This document shows positions 53,606 through 64,000 of a stretch of 64,000 nucleotides of DNA, piece after piece (position 1 is the first letter of the stretch; each line of letters opens with the position of its first letter). The notes below the pieces were generated by a model, which ran no database searches, had not been told where the DNA came from, and saw only the letters and a program-made list of their open reading frames with translations. Origin of the DNA: Raillietiella orientalis (Eukaryota); the NCBI GenBank assembly GCA_036172245.1, contig JAYWIR010000021.1, positions 744,001-808,000 on the forward strand, given 5' to 3'. Position numbers and translations under genes: made by a program.

Positions 53606-54707
53606 TAGATTGAAGAGCAGCAGGAAATTGCAAATGTGTGTGTGTGTGTCTTTCTTTTGGTTTTTGTAAGATCACTATGAGCAAGGCATGAAAACAATTG
53701 TTTTGTTCCTATGAAGAATTGATGCTGTCCACATTGGTCAATCAAGAAGTCGATATTTTGTATTCAGTGACATAAAGTTCAAATGTTTGTTTTCAAATGT
53801 GGCTTTTCTCTCTTTGGACTGAGCAGCCTGATCCAAAAGTTCCAGATACAATGGCTCTTGAATTTATATGCAGTATATGTAGGTATTTCCTATCTACGTA
53901 AGGTGCATCCTTGAAGCAGTACCCAGTCTTCTACATTGTTTCACAAAGAAATCTCACACAATGCTTATTTCTTAATTTACTTATTTAATAAGGCAAACAA
54001 CAAAGCATTTGAAAAATATCTTCATGCAAACTTTTTCATTTATTGTTGTTTGCCTTTGTAGATTTCACAAGAAAACATTAGTTATCAAGGGTATTCATTC
54101 ATTTTGCAATGTTTCCATGTGATGTGACAAGAAGCGTGTGGACACATGAGTGATTTGATGTACTAGACCATAAATGCAGGTCAAAATCAAGTTGACATAT
54201 GTTTAATACTGCTCATGATTGAAGAGCAGATATCCCACATTGAGATGTTTCAAATTTTGAAACTTTTCAGTTTTGTAACTAATCAAAGATTATTATTATT
54301 TTTTACCCCCGCAATGTAAACTAAAAATTTTGCCACACAGAATTCGTAAATAGTTTTTATAGATTTGCTATTCCTATTCAGGATAAGAGATGAAATATTC
54401 ATGATTAATACTGGTTTCATGAGAGATTATTGGTGGATACTGCGTTGGAAATTTTTTCCCATTGAGAATGATTGGATCCTTTATTTCAAATTTTATTCTG
54501 AAAGATTTATTCCTAGGTTATGTATCAGCAATCATGGCTTCATTTCCAGATAAGCATGCTGTTACATTCCAGTGCATGTATGCAGCATTTGCAGTTTGTT
54601 AGGGTACCCAGTCAGCAACTGTCTGTCAATCTTTGTTTCATATGTTTGCAAATTTACTTTCAGGTGTCACTTTGTTTCATACTAAGGTGATATCCTTATC
54701 TTTGCAG

Positions 54708-57370
54708 AGCTTCCTCTCAGTGAATATGTCAGTCACTTTGAACCCTTGGATTATAACACGGAGGAAATTCATGAACAACATTTAAGAGTGAAACGAAATA
54801 TAAATGATCTCCAGGAAATTACTCTGCTCTTTCATAGTCATGGCCAATCTTTTGATCTGAGACTTAAAAGAGATACTTCTATTATAGCTCCTGATGTGGA
54901 GCTTGATCTTCCTGAAAGTATAGAAAAACTGAATGATTTTTCATATTTATACTCAGGATATATTCCAGGTAATGATCATTGTTTAATTTTTTTTTTTTCA
55001 TAATTTTTTTGAAAGATGATCCCTGGTCTTATGTTTTTGGATCTATGAGGGATGGAATATTTGATGGTAGCATTATAACCTCAGGTGGAACTTTTTTTGT
55101 TGAAAGGGCACATAGATATTTTCGCCCTCATGAACATAACCAAAGCTTTCATTCTGTGATATATTGGGATGGTTCTATTCGTGATCCATTCCGGCATAAA
55201 AGAGAAGGTAAAGATGAGTGATTACATTTGACATTGCTATCCGAAAATATTCGTTAAGAGCATGAAGTTTGCACATGATGTTTGTTGGTAAATTCTGTTA
55301 ACTAATGCTAGTATATATTTTTAAAGTAAACGTTTCCTGTCATTTCCATAGAAAGGAATGAGTGTACAATTCGTCAGCCCTCCCTCCATCCGTCCAAACA
55401 CTGAAATACCTCAATATGTAATGCATGCATATATCATTTTTTAAATTGTCTGTCTATTATAAAGTAACTTACTGTGTATGGTTAATGAATTCACCTTTTG
55501 TGTACTGTTGCATGCATGTGGACCCTATAGATTTGAAATATAAATCCAGTGTAGGCATTGCAAAAAAAACGTGAATATTTCGAAATACTCTATAGATTGT
55601 GCGTTATTGACTACTTCCACTGCCTGGAATTATGTAGATAAATCTTCATTAGAGATTGCAGATCGGATGGAAGATATACCTTGAGGACCAAGCGTCATAA
55701 ATTCGAGAATTGAAGATAGAACTGGAGGATTTCTATCCGCCAGTTCTATTCTCCGACTTCAGTCGAATGTGTTCGATCAGAGTCCACTGTGAAACCACGC
55801 AATCTGCCGCTAGATTTTACAAGAACTGACAACGTTCTCCCAGAGCTTTCAACATGAATCAATGGGTTGTCATCACAAGTCATTCTCCTCCTCATTTCCG
55901 TGGATTCCAACTTGCATGTATTGATGTTACCAAAAACTTTAGGAGAATTTTGAGAACCTTTTTCTACCCATGTATTAAAAAATGAGACCTTTACATAACT
56001 CTCACGCCACAGGAAGAAATTGTTTGAGCCAAACCCGATGATTTTTTCGAAAAGTACCATCGGAAAGTAGTTTCCATAATAATGTAGTTAGGTCGCCAGA
56101 TTCGTTTCCTTGTTGCCTTCCTATTTATTCAATTTTTTCTTGGTCTTCCGTCTCGCAAGTTGCCATAGCATTCGTTTTAGGTGCTTTTCCTTGTCATCAG
56201 GTATTTACCATTTGAGTCATGAACCATCTCGCTTATCACATCAGCCAAGTAGTATTGCTCCTAATGTGGTCTGAAGTTAATTTATCCGGTTCGACGTTTC
56301 GTGTTCTGTTTGGGGGGGGGGGGAAAAAAAAAAAAAAAAGCCCTCAAATTCCACATTTGATTTCGGTACTGTCAAATTATTCCAAAGTCGATGTCTTTGT
56401 TTTTTTTTGTAAATTTGATTCCTCTGCAAAAAGGTCACAGTTTGTAAAGGCGCAAGTTGGGCGCTAAGCAGGCAAATATCTTCAAATATCAGGATCGGGA
56501 TGCATCTTTGTCGCGTAGCAACGTGTTTCACCTCGGGAAAAAGAGATCCGCAGAGTCGCTGCTCCTCTTCCTTTACGATCGTTCCGTTTTGGTCCGTCAT
56601 TTGTTTGGATTTCTTTCCGAAAAGATTGGTGTACAAAGCTTCCGGTCCAGTCTTCCAGCCGACTTGCTTGCAGGAGCAGACGTTGCTCCTCTTTGCTCCT
56701 CTCGCTGGTGCCATAGCCACGCCAAATTCGTGGAAGCGAAAAGTGTGCACCGATTGCACGAAATCTTTGCCTCCTCTGGTGATTTTTTTCCCGTTTTTTT
56801 TTTTTTTTTTTTTTTTCGTTATCAACCTTTCGGTAAATGGCAGCCTTGTCGATTTGTGGCAGTGAAATTGTGCTGTTTGCGGTCGCAGAAGCCCCGGTCG
56901 CCAAGGTGTTTTCACTGGTTTGTCCTATGATTCATTCAAGGAAGAGCATGGATCGATAACGAGCAGAGATGAATAATTATGGCAGACGAACTTCACGTGA
57001 ATGCCAATGTCGATGCGAAGACGTACCCAGCGCCCACCTCGCTTCCGAACCATCCCGAAGCCAACACGCGGGGGTGCCGTCCAAGTGCACTTCCACAGGA
57101 CGTGGTGGTCGTTGGTGCTGCTGGCTTCCGGAAGCCTTCTTCCCGTCCGAATTCTGTATTGCTGGGCGTGTATAGGTCCGTGCAAATCCTGTCATCGAAT
57201 ACGACCAAAGAACCGATCGTGGCATTCGGCAGCAGCAACTTGGCGATTTGAAGGTTTAAGCACGTTTTAGTGAAGTAGAGAAAAATGGCACTTTGCTTGT
57301 CGTTCCTGCCGATTCCCCGTGCTCTCTCAGATTTGCATGCTCACTCGTCCCCGCAGCCGATCTCGCGAGA

Positions 57371-57406
<36 letters not shown>

Positions 57407-60005
57407 CCTTTCCCTCCCCCCCGCCCCTTCACGTTCACTCTGCAAACTGAATGGGTAACTCTCGCTGCCAAGGTAAGCCCTTCGTTGTGCGCCGTGCAAA
57501 CCGTGGCAGATGTGGCTGGTGCACGGGAACTGGCGAACCGCCGAGTGGGGTTCCTGAAAAGTGGGATTCTATGGTGTTTCTTGGGAGATTCTTCGAGGGT
57601 TGCATCAGTGAATTCTCAGATGTGAAGTCGTGTCTTTGCCTCGTAAATTATTCGAAGGGCATAGCGTTGGGGGGAGGGGGCGAAGGAACAGGGTATTCTC
57701 GAGAAACAAGGGGTACTCAACAGGGGCGTGCGAAACTCGAATGTTTGAGCAGTTGGCTTCAACCCCGAACCTTCCTGCTCTTTTCCGGAGAGACACCTAC
57801 TCGTATACATGGCGGAATGTTTTCTCCCCCTTGTCGGTCCGGGGCGCGATGCTTGAAGATCGACCTTCCTCAGCGTTTCTTTTTCTTTGTGGCCTTTTCC
57901 CTATCGTGCATGGGTTTCATTGCGATCCCCGGTGCTTCCGAATAGCAGCGCCAACGCGACGACAAAACCAGCCGTAGGAATCTTCCATCTTCGGATGTCG
58001 TTCCTTCCACTTCAGCACGCGGAGCTCCGAAAGCTCTTTCGTCTGTGAGATCCACTTTTCCGGACGCGAGCTCTTACCTGCAAATTTTGATTACCTGCGG
58101 ATTACCTGTTGAAGCCCTTTGAATGGGGAGTTTGACGGGTTGTGTGTTTGTCGCATCCGTGATGAAAGGAGCCAGGTTTTCGCAGACACGTGGGTCCCTG
58201 TGCCTTCGTCGGGTGGAACGGGAGCATTTTTGTCTTCGGGAGCACGGATCTTCCCTCCCGTGTCTCTGAATTTCCTCGTAACCTGCCGGACGGTACGCCA
58301 CAGTTCGCAGTGCAGGTGGAATGAGCGGAAAGTTGGGGGGTTGGGTGGGGGGAGATTGGTGTCCCACGACAGGAAACCTATGCCCGTGGAAAAACCGTTT
58401 ACGGATGCGATGATTTTTATTTTATTCGATGAATGAATGTTCTCTCTCTCTCTCTCTCTCTCCCTTTTTTAATACTGGAAAAGGAAGCGGTCTCCGGGGC
58501 ACTATGGCATGATTGAGAAAACACATTGCGAACACAAGTGGAAATACCGTCATGCAAATGATGCTTTGATTTCTGTGTTGTGTATGTGTGCATACGTATA
58601 AAGCCCTCCATTCCCGAAACGGAGTTTATTTCTCAGTTCCAGTTCTGCGCAGCATCCTCCCGAATCGGAGCACCGTGCTAATTAATTATTCGTTTTTTTT
58701 TTTTTTTTCCTGCCGGTTCCACCGCATTGAGACTCCGATAGCCACCCAGCCATTACCGTCGCAGAAAGGTTTCTTGTAGTGTCATCTCCACCAGGCTTGT
58801 GATTGCTGTTTTCTCACACTCCGTCTTGTTAGGAAAAAAAAAACCGGATATTCGGAAATCTATTCCTTTCCTCTATTCTTTTCCAATAACGTCTCCCCTC
58901 CGTAGTTACTACTATCATGGGAGCATCCGGTGGACGACATGTGTTCAGATGTAATTGCATGGAATTAACGAGCGCATAGAATCGTTACGAGGTGGTAGGA
59001 AGCGAAGGTGATGGGTGAATTGAGACGCAAGACGTGTGTGTGTGTGTAAAGTCAAAAGCTTCAGCAGAAATGCTTCCGTTCCGTTGGTTCGGATGCAGCA
59101 TGCTTCATCCGCCCTCAGTCTACCCACCATTTTTCGCTCCGTCTACATTTGGAACTTTTGCTCAAGCTGCCTTTAGTTAGCAAATAAGAAATGCAGCAGA
59201 AATAAGGCAGGATGAATTTGCTTGTCTTCCTTGACAACAGCGTTTATGTGCATCATCATCTTATTACTACTGCGTTGAAAGGTTCCTTGTCCGGCGCCTT
59301 CACGTGTTGCAAAGCGTCTTCCTCCTCAAAGTCTCGAATCGGAGCCCCCCTTTTGTTTTGTAGTTTTCCTCATCCCCCCTCGCAGAAGCACGTCCACGCG
59401 CGCTTTTCGTTCCTATTCACATCAAACCATAAAAGCACGTTGAATGGCAGCCCAAAGTGATCGTATTTTTTGGGTTTTTTTTGGTTTTACATTTGAGTAT
59501 TCTTGCCTTGTATGTCTTTTTGTGTTGCACAACCAGCTCCGTTTGGCGGTTGCGGATTAAACGAACAGACGATGAACTGGATGTGGGGCATCCAGAACGC
59601 AGCAGGGAAAGAGAATGGCAGCGCGAGTTCTACGAGGAGATACACGGAAAGCTGCCCGGATCACCGAGAGGAAGCCCTGCGGTCACTCCGTCGCGCCGCC
59701 GGTCCACCACCGCATCCTCGAAGCAGAAGGCGCACCGCCGCTCTGAAGACGACGTGCACGTTATCCATCCGGACCGATCCTCTCTTCTGGACCAGATATT
59801 TCGCTATCGTGAGTCTCACCTTTCGTTCCCTGCGGCACCCGAGCCATCTGGCTCCTCAGAACGGAGGAGACCCCAAGGCAACCCGCGACGAAATCATCTC
59901 GCTCATCAGTCAGCACGTGGCGGCGGTCAATAACATATACGAAAGCACGCGATTCGATGGCCGATACTCGCACCGCCACCTCCGTTTCCAAGTGCAGCGC
60001 ATCAA

Positions 60006-60040
<35 letters not shown>

Positions 60041-61776
60041 CTCGCGGTTTCGCGGGTGCACCATCCAACTTGGATTCCGCTGTGTAGATCGACAACGACT
60101 CGCAGTGTCAGCCCGAGTGGCGTGGTCAGCCCAACGAATTTTGTCGCACCAATCTGGACGTCAGCAACTTCCTGAACCTCCAGTCGCAGGACAATCACGA
60201 TGCCTTCTGCTTGGCCTATGTGTTTACTTATCGGGATTTCACCGGCGGAACTCTAGGGCTCGCGTGGGTGGCATCGCCCACTTCAGCCGGTGGCATATGC
60301 GAGCGGCACAAGGAGTACATGGACCGAGGTCCCATGACCCAGCGTGTGCTGCGGAGTCTGAACACCGGAATCATCTCGTTCGTGAACTACAACAGTGCTG
60401 TGCCTCCCAAAGTGTCGCAGCTGACGTTGGCCCACGAGATCGGCCACAATTTCGGTTCACCTCACGATTTTCCTCTCGAGTGCACTCCGGGAGGCAAGGA
60501 GGGGAACTATATCATGTTCTCCAGCGCCACATCTGTGGACAAGCCCAACAACAGCCGTTTCTCGCCTTGCAGCGTCTCGAACATTTCGTTGGTTCTGGAC
60601 GCGCTTGCCGACGGGGCGAAACCCAACTGCTTCACGACCTCCGAGGGCACGTTTTGCGGGAACCGTTTGCTCGAGCAAGGAGAAGAGTGCGACTGCGGGT
60701 TCGACCTGGCCGACTGCGGCGAGCAGTGCTGCTACCCGCGTCACCTGACCGAGCAGGACCGCCTGGAAAATCCTCGAGCTCAGCAGTGCCAGCGGCGGCC
60801 AGGCATGCTCTGCAGCCCCTCGGAGGGCAAGTGCTGCTCCTGGAACTGCACCTTCGTTCAAGCCAAGGAGCGGATTCGCTGTGCCGATGCCACCGAATGT
60901 GCTGAAGAAGCTTTCTGCTCAGGAGATTCACCGCAGTGCCCACGGCCAAAGCCCAAAGCAGATCGGACCCCCTGCAACGGCCAGACACAAGTGTGCCACA
61001 ATGGCGAATGCGCCCAATCTTACTGCGTTATCTTTAACATGGAACCGTGTTTTCTAACGAGTGCACGTGTGGCAGACCGTGGCCAGCTGTGCGAGTTGGC
61101 CTGCCAGCAGCCTGGAAATGGATCCTCCTGTCAAGGAACAACCGCCCTGATGGCACAGTTGCATCTCCAAGAACCGATACTCTTGCAGCCAGGCTCCCCT
61201 TGTGATGACTATCAAGGTTATTGTGATGTGTTCCGCAAGTGTCGCGCCGTGGATGCTGAGGGCCCGTTGTTGCGCATCAAGAACATTATCTTCAGCAAAG
61301 AGAACCTCAACAGTTTTTCGGAGTGGGTTACAGAATTCTGGTGGGCCGCTGTTTTGTTGGGTGCTTTGCTAACGATTGTCATGGCCATCTTCATTAAGTG
61401 CTGTGCTGTGCACACTCCCAGCAGCAATCCTCATCGTGACCCACACATTCGAATATCGGATACGCTTCACCATCCCATGAACACTTTAAGACGCATGGTA
61501 AACCATGTTTGGAATGGGGCATTGGAAAAGAAAAAATCACCTGTTTCAGGGTAGGCAGAGAAGACCTCGGCATCGATATCCTCCCAACGCTGCCAATCTG
61601 CCACTGCATGCACCAATGCCTGCTGGACACCACCGCAGAAGCAAAGGTGAGAGGGGGAACGGCAAAGTTTGTTTATTGATGTAGGAAAATCCGCTCTGCT
61701 TCCAGGTGGTCCCCGGCCGGGTTCCGGTGCCTGGGCACATTCAGGCTATCCTATGTCACCATCATACCAAGTGTAA
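54708..61776 (+). CDS. ADAM10: Disintegrin and metalloproteinase domain protein 10 (kuzbanian-like); 5' signal-peptide exon not located
   Basis: Exons: 54708-54968, 55016-55207, 59537-59808, 59860-60006, 60088-61497, 61550-61646, 61706-61776, all phase-consistent. Motifs: prodomain LSEYVSHFEPLDY..HLRVKR, cysteine switch GGCG, FTYRDFTGGTLGLAWV, zinc motif HEIGHNFGSPHD, Met-turn GNYIM, disintegrin CGN..EQGEECDCG, Cys-rich GYCDVFRKCRAVDAEGPL, TM helix and CCAVHTPSSNP. The last two small exons are less certain. Confidence 0.95.
55650..56150 (-). mobile_element. Possible gypsy-like RT-RNase H relic in the large ADAM10 intron
   Basis: IIGFGSNNFFLWRE, DDNPLIHVESSGRTLSVLVKS and GRLRGFTVDSDR follow the spacing of LGxxNYYRR, TDASxxGxGAVL and RPIAFxSR. 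Very degenerate. Confidence 0.3.
57374..57403. repeat. (CT)n microsatellite
   Basis: Uninterrupted tctctc run. Similar simple repeats lie at 58441-58461 (CT), 62253-62270 (GT), 62281-62310 (TTTC) and 60009-60038 (polyA). Confidence 0.9.
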
Positions 61777-61781
61777 TTTGG

Positions 61782-62279
61782 CTACCAAAGGCAAATGCTT
61801 TTTTGCGTACCCGGTGCCCAGTCACTTTCTTTATACAACTCTGTGGAAAGTTCTGCTTGCAAAGAAAGAATGGAACTCAAGAATGTTAGGAAAATGGTGC
61901 CAATGGCGAAGTATAGTGCCCAGCCTGGAAACATGGCACGTCAAAGCTGTGCTGCCGCCATCCGCTTCTCACCAATAGTGCATTCGCCGACGTCAAAGGG
62001 TTGCGCTTTTTCCCCACACATGTGAATGATCCTCTTTGATCCCCAGCCACCAGCGTACAAGAGCAGTGCCACAACAAACAAAATTCCTGCAACAGTTATG
62101 TTTAAGATACTCAGTAATTCAAAGCAAGAAAATTATATTTTATGAGTTAACGACATTTGTTTCGATGGCGTTGTTGCTTCCGGTTGGGCCACGTCAGCCG
62201 TTTGCTTCTTGTGAGTGTCGCTTTCGACAAACGTCGTATGGTTTTTTTCTTTTGTGTGTGTGTGTGTGTGTTTCTCCTC

Positions 62280-62310
<31 letters not shown>

Positions 62311-63477
62311 TTTTCCGTCGTTTCGACCGGGATTTACGTAATCCTGTAGGAAGTCGTGATCGCAGGCTGTCTCAGGGCAACCCATTCGAGTTGAATGATA
62401 ATTAACATGGAAACAAAGTAGCAGCCAAAAGAGCTTAGCGGTGTGTTCCTCAAGTTTATGGTGCTTGCCGTTTCAAGAACGAAGAGCGGATACCACTTGC
62501 CCTCGGAGGCGAGGTTGTAAATAATCATCGTACGTTCGAGTACGTGCCAGGTAAACAGGAAATTGTGGTTGAGCTTTGGCAAAAAGACGTTATGAGCTTC
62601 ACGAAATCAGTTACGAGCTAACTGCTGGCGAGCTTTTCCGTTCCGCTTGCTTATTTATGGGTCTTCGCCATCGGTGTGTTTCGGTGGTCCGAGCGGCAGC
62701 GCCATGCTGCTCATCTATTCCTGGCTCCGGCCCTCTGAGCGCGGTGGTCTTCCCAACCGTGCGCGCGCGGGATCAGTCTGCCAGCCCGGGCAGAAACGAG
62801 CCTTGCCAAAAATGCATGCGATTGGGAAACACACGTGTCTATCCCCGAGGTCTGCCGATGGGAAACGGGAACGGGCGTGTCGTGTCAAAGCAAGAGCGTG
62901 GCGCCAGGGCACGAGTGCGGCTGGCGGAGACCTAGCGGGACCGGGATCCATCAGATGGTTCGGTCTTGTCTTTGGCGACTCCGTGGAGCGCCAAGTCAGC
63001 GAGTTGCTGCTGCTGAGGAAGAATACGAATCGCACTCGGGAGCTCCTCTCGTTGTCGCTCAAAGTGCGTGGCTGCTGCAAAAAAAAAAAAGTTCCGCATC
63101 TTTTCACGCTGCATTCTGGATTTGAAAGGCGCGCGTAACTTTGACAAGGCAGCAAAATATGGCGTTTTTTCTTTTTTTTTTCTTTTTTTTTCTTTTTTTA
63201 CCTGCAACACACTGGATGGATCCTGATGTTGTAAATAAACTCTTCTGACCGATTTTCTGTACGCAGCACCCTACCAAGGCAGCTATGATGGTTAAAGATA
63301 GGAGCAGCACACCAAGGACGAAAAGAAGCAGGGCTGCCTTCCAAAAGTGAGGAAAGTTATCGTCTTTCACGAAAAAAACCGAGAATATGGCGGAGCATTC
63401 GTTCTTCGTAGCGTTGGGAACCTGCTCGTGGGTCGAGCATTCGTAGATGCCTATCTGCTCTCTGAATCCTATTTCAT
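61782..63477 (-). CDS. LHFPL tetraspan family protein (LHFPL2-like), 3' exons; 5' part uncertain or outside the window
   Basis: Exons (minus): 63477-63202, 62086-61973, 61924-61782 (stop TAG), all GT-AG and in phase. Translation includes IGIYEC, FPHFWKAALLLF, CCVQKIGQKSLFTTSGSIQCVAG, LLYAGGWGSKRIIHMCGEKAQPFDVGECTIGWALYFAIG, SLQAELST and SICLW, the LHFPL2 pattern. A further exon probably ends at 63527 (49-nt intron). Confidence 0.88.
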
Positions 63478-64000
63478 CTGCAAAGAAAGAAGAGAGGCAT
63501 TAAGCATTATGGCGGGGAGCACACACCCCAACCGCTTGATGTAGCATCGTCACGACCCCGAAAATGTGTGACGAGTCGATTCGTGTCCACATCCATAAAA
63601 CGGATGCTTTCTTCTAATGTACAACCGCCGGAGTTTTCAAAATTGGCCATAAACTCGGCGCCGAATCCAAGACTATTTCCAGCGTATTACTTAATGCTAT
63701 CCAGAAAACCCGAAAGCTTCAGGCCTGAGATCGTGTCTCACACGTGGCCAAGACAGCTGACTATGTAGTCTTTGGATTGGTAGGAAGGCGATTCGGTAAC
63801 ATGGACACCATTTTTCGGTTTCTTCCTCCAAATGAAAGTGTTCTCGCTTATTATTATCGGCAGCAGTGTGATGACTCGCAAGGTGTCCTTTCCGTTCACT
63901 CCGGGAAGGGAACGGAAGGAAATGGGTTGCACTGTGTAGATAGGGCGATGGAAAGGGGGGCCTCGTTGCGGGACCGTTCTCTTTTCGTTCCGTCGTGAAC

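Noticed and set aside
54689..54707. ATATCCTTA near the ADAM10 acceptor resembling a U12 signal
   Set aside because: It sits inside the pyrimidine tract before a normal CAG acceptor, lacks the TCCTTRAC branch consensus, and no matching U12 partner site was found.

Overview
Eukaryotic genomic DNA from an invertebrate animal, most likely an arthropod, with very short (about 40-55 nt) introns in its housekeeping genes. Four spliced genes can be reconstructed by hand. (1) A complete 16-exon RNA polymerase III largest subunit gene (POLR3A/RPC1, minus, 10591-15457), whose last intron looks like a 52-nt U12-type AT-AC minor intron. (2) A complete 5-exon prohormone-3/ITG-like neuropeptide precursor (minus, 21604-36810) with an 11-kb first intron and a divergent C-terminal peptide. 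(3) ADAM10/kuzbanian (plus, about 54708-61776; first exon not located). (4) An LHFPL2-like tetraspan gene (minus, 61782 to beyond 63477) whose stop codon lies 5 nt from the ADAM10 stop. The intervening DNA contains many heavily decayed transposon relics: APE-type LINEs, an RLE/NeSL-R2-like element, a three-copy integrase-like repeat and a pogo/Tigger-type MITE. Other notable structure includes a strongly G-depleted tract, a perfect 27-bp hairpin, a candidate protamine-like HMG-box gene and sharp CpG/GC domain boundaries. Most GC-rich ORFs in the supplied track are spurious. All homology calls are from recognition of motifs by eye, not database searches.
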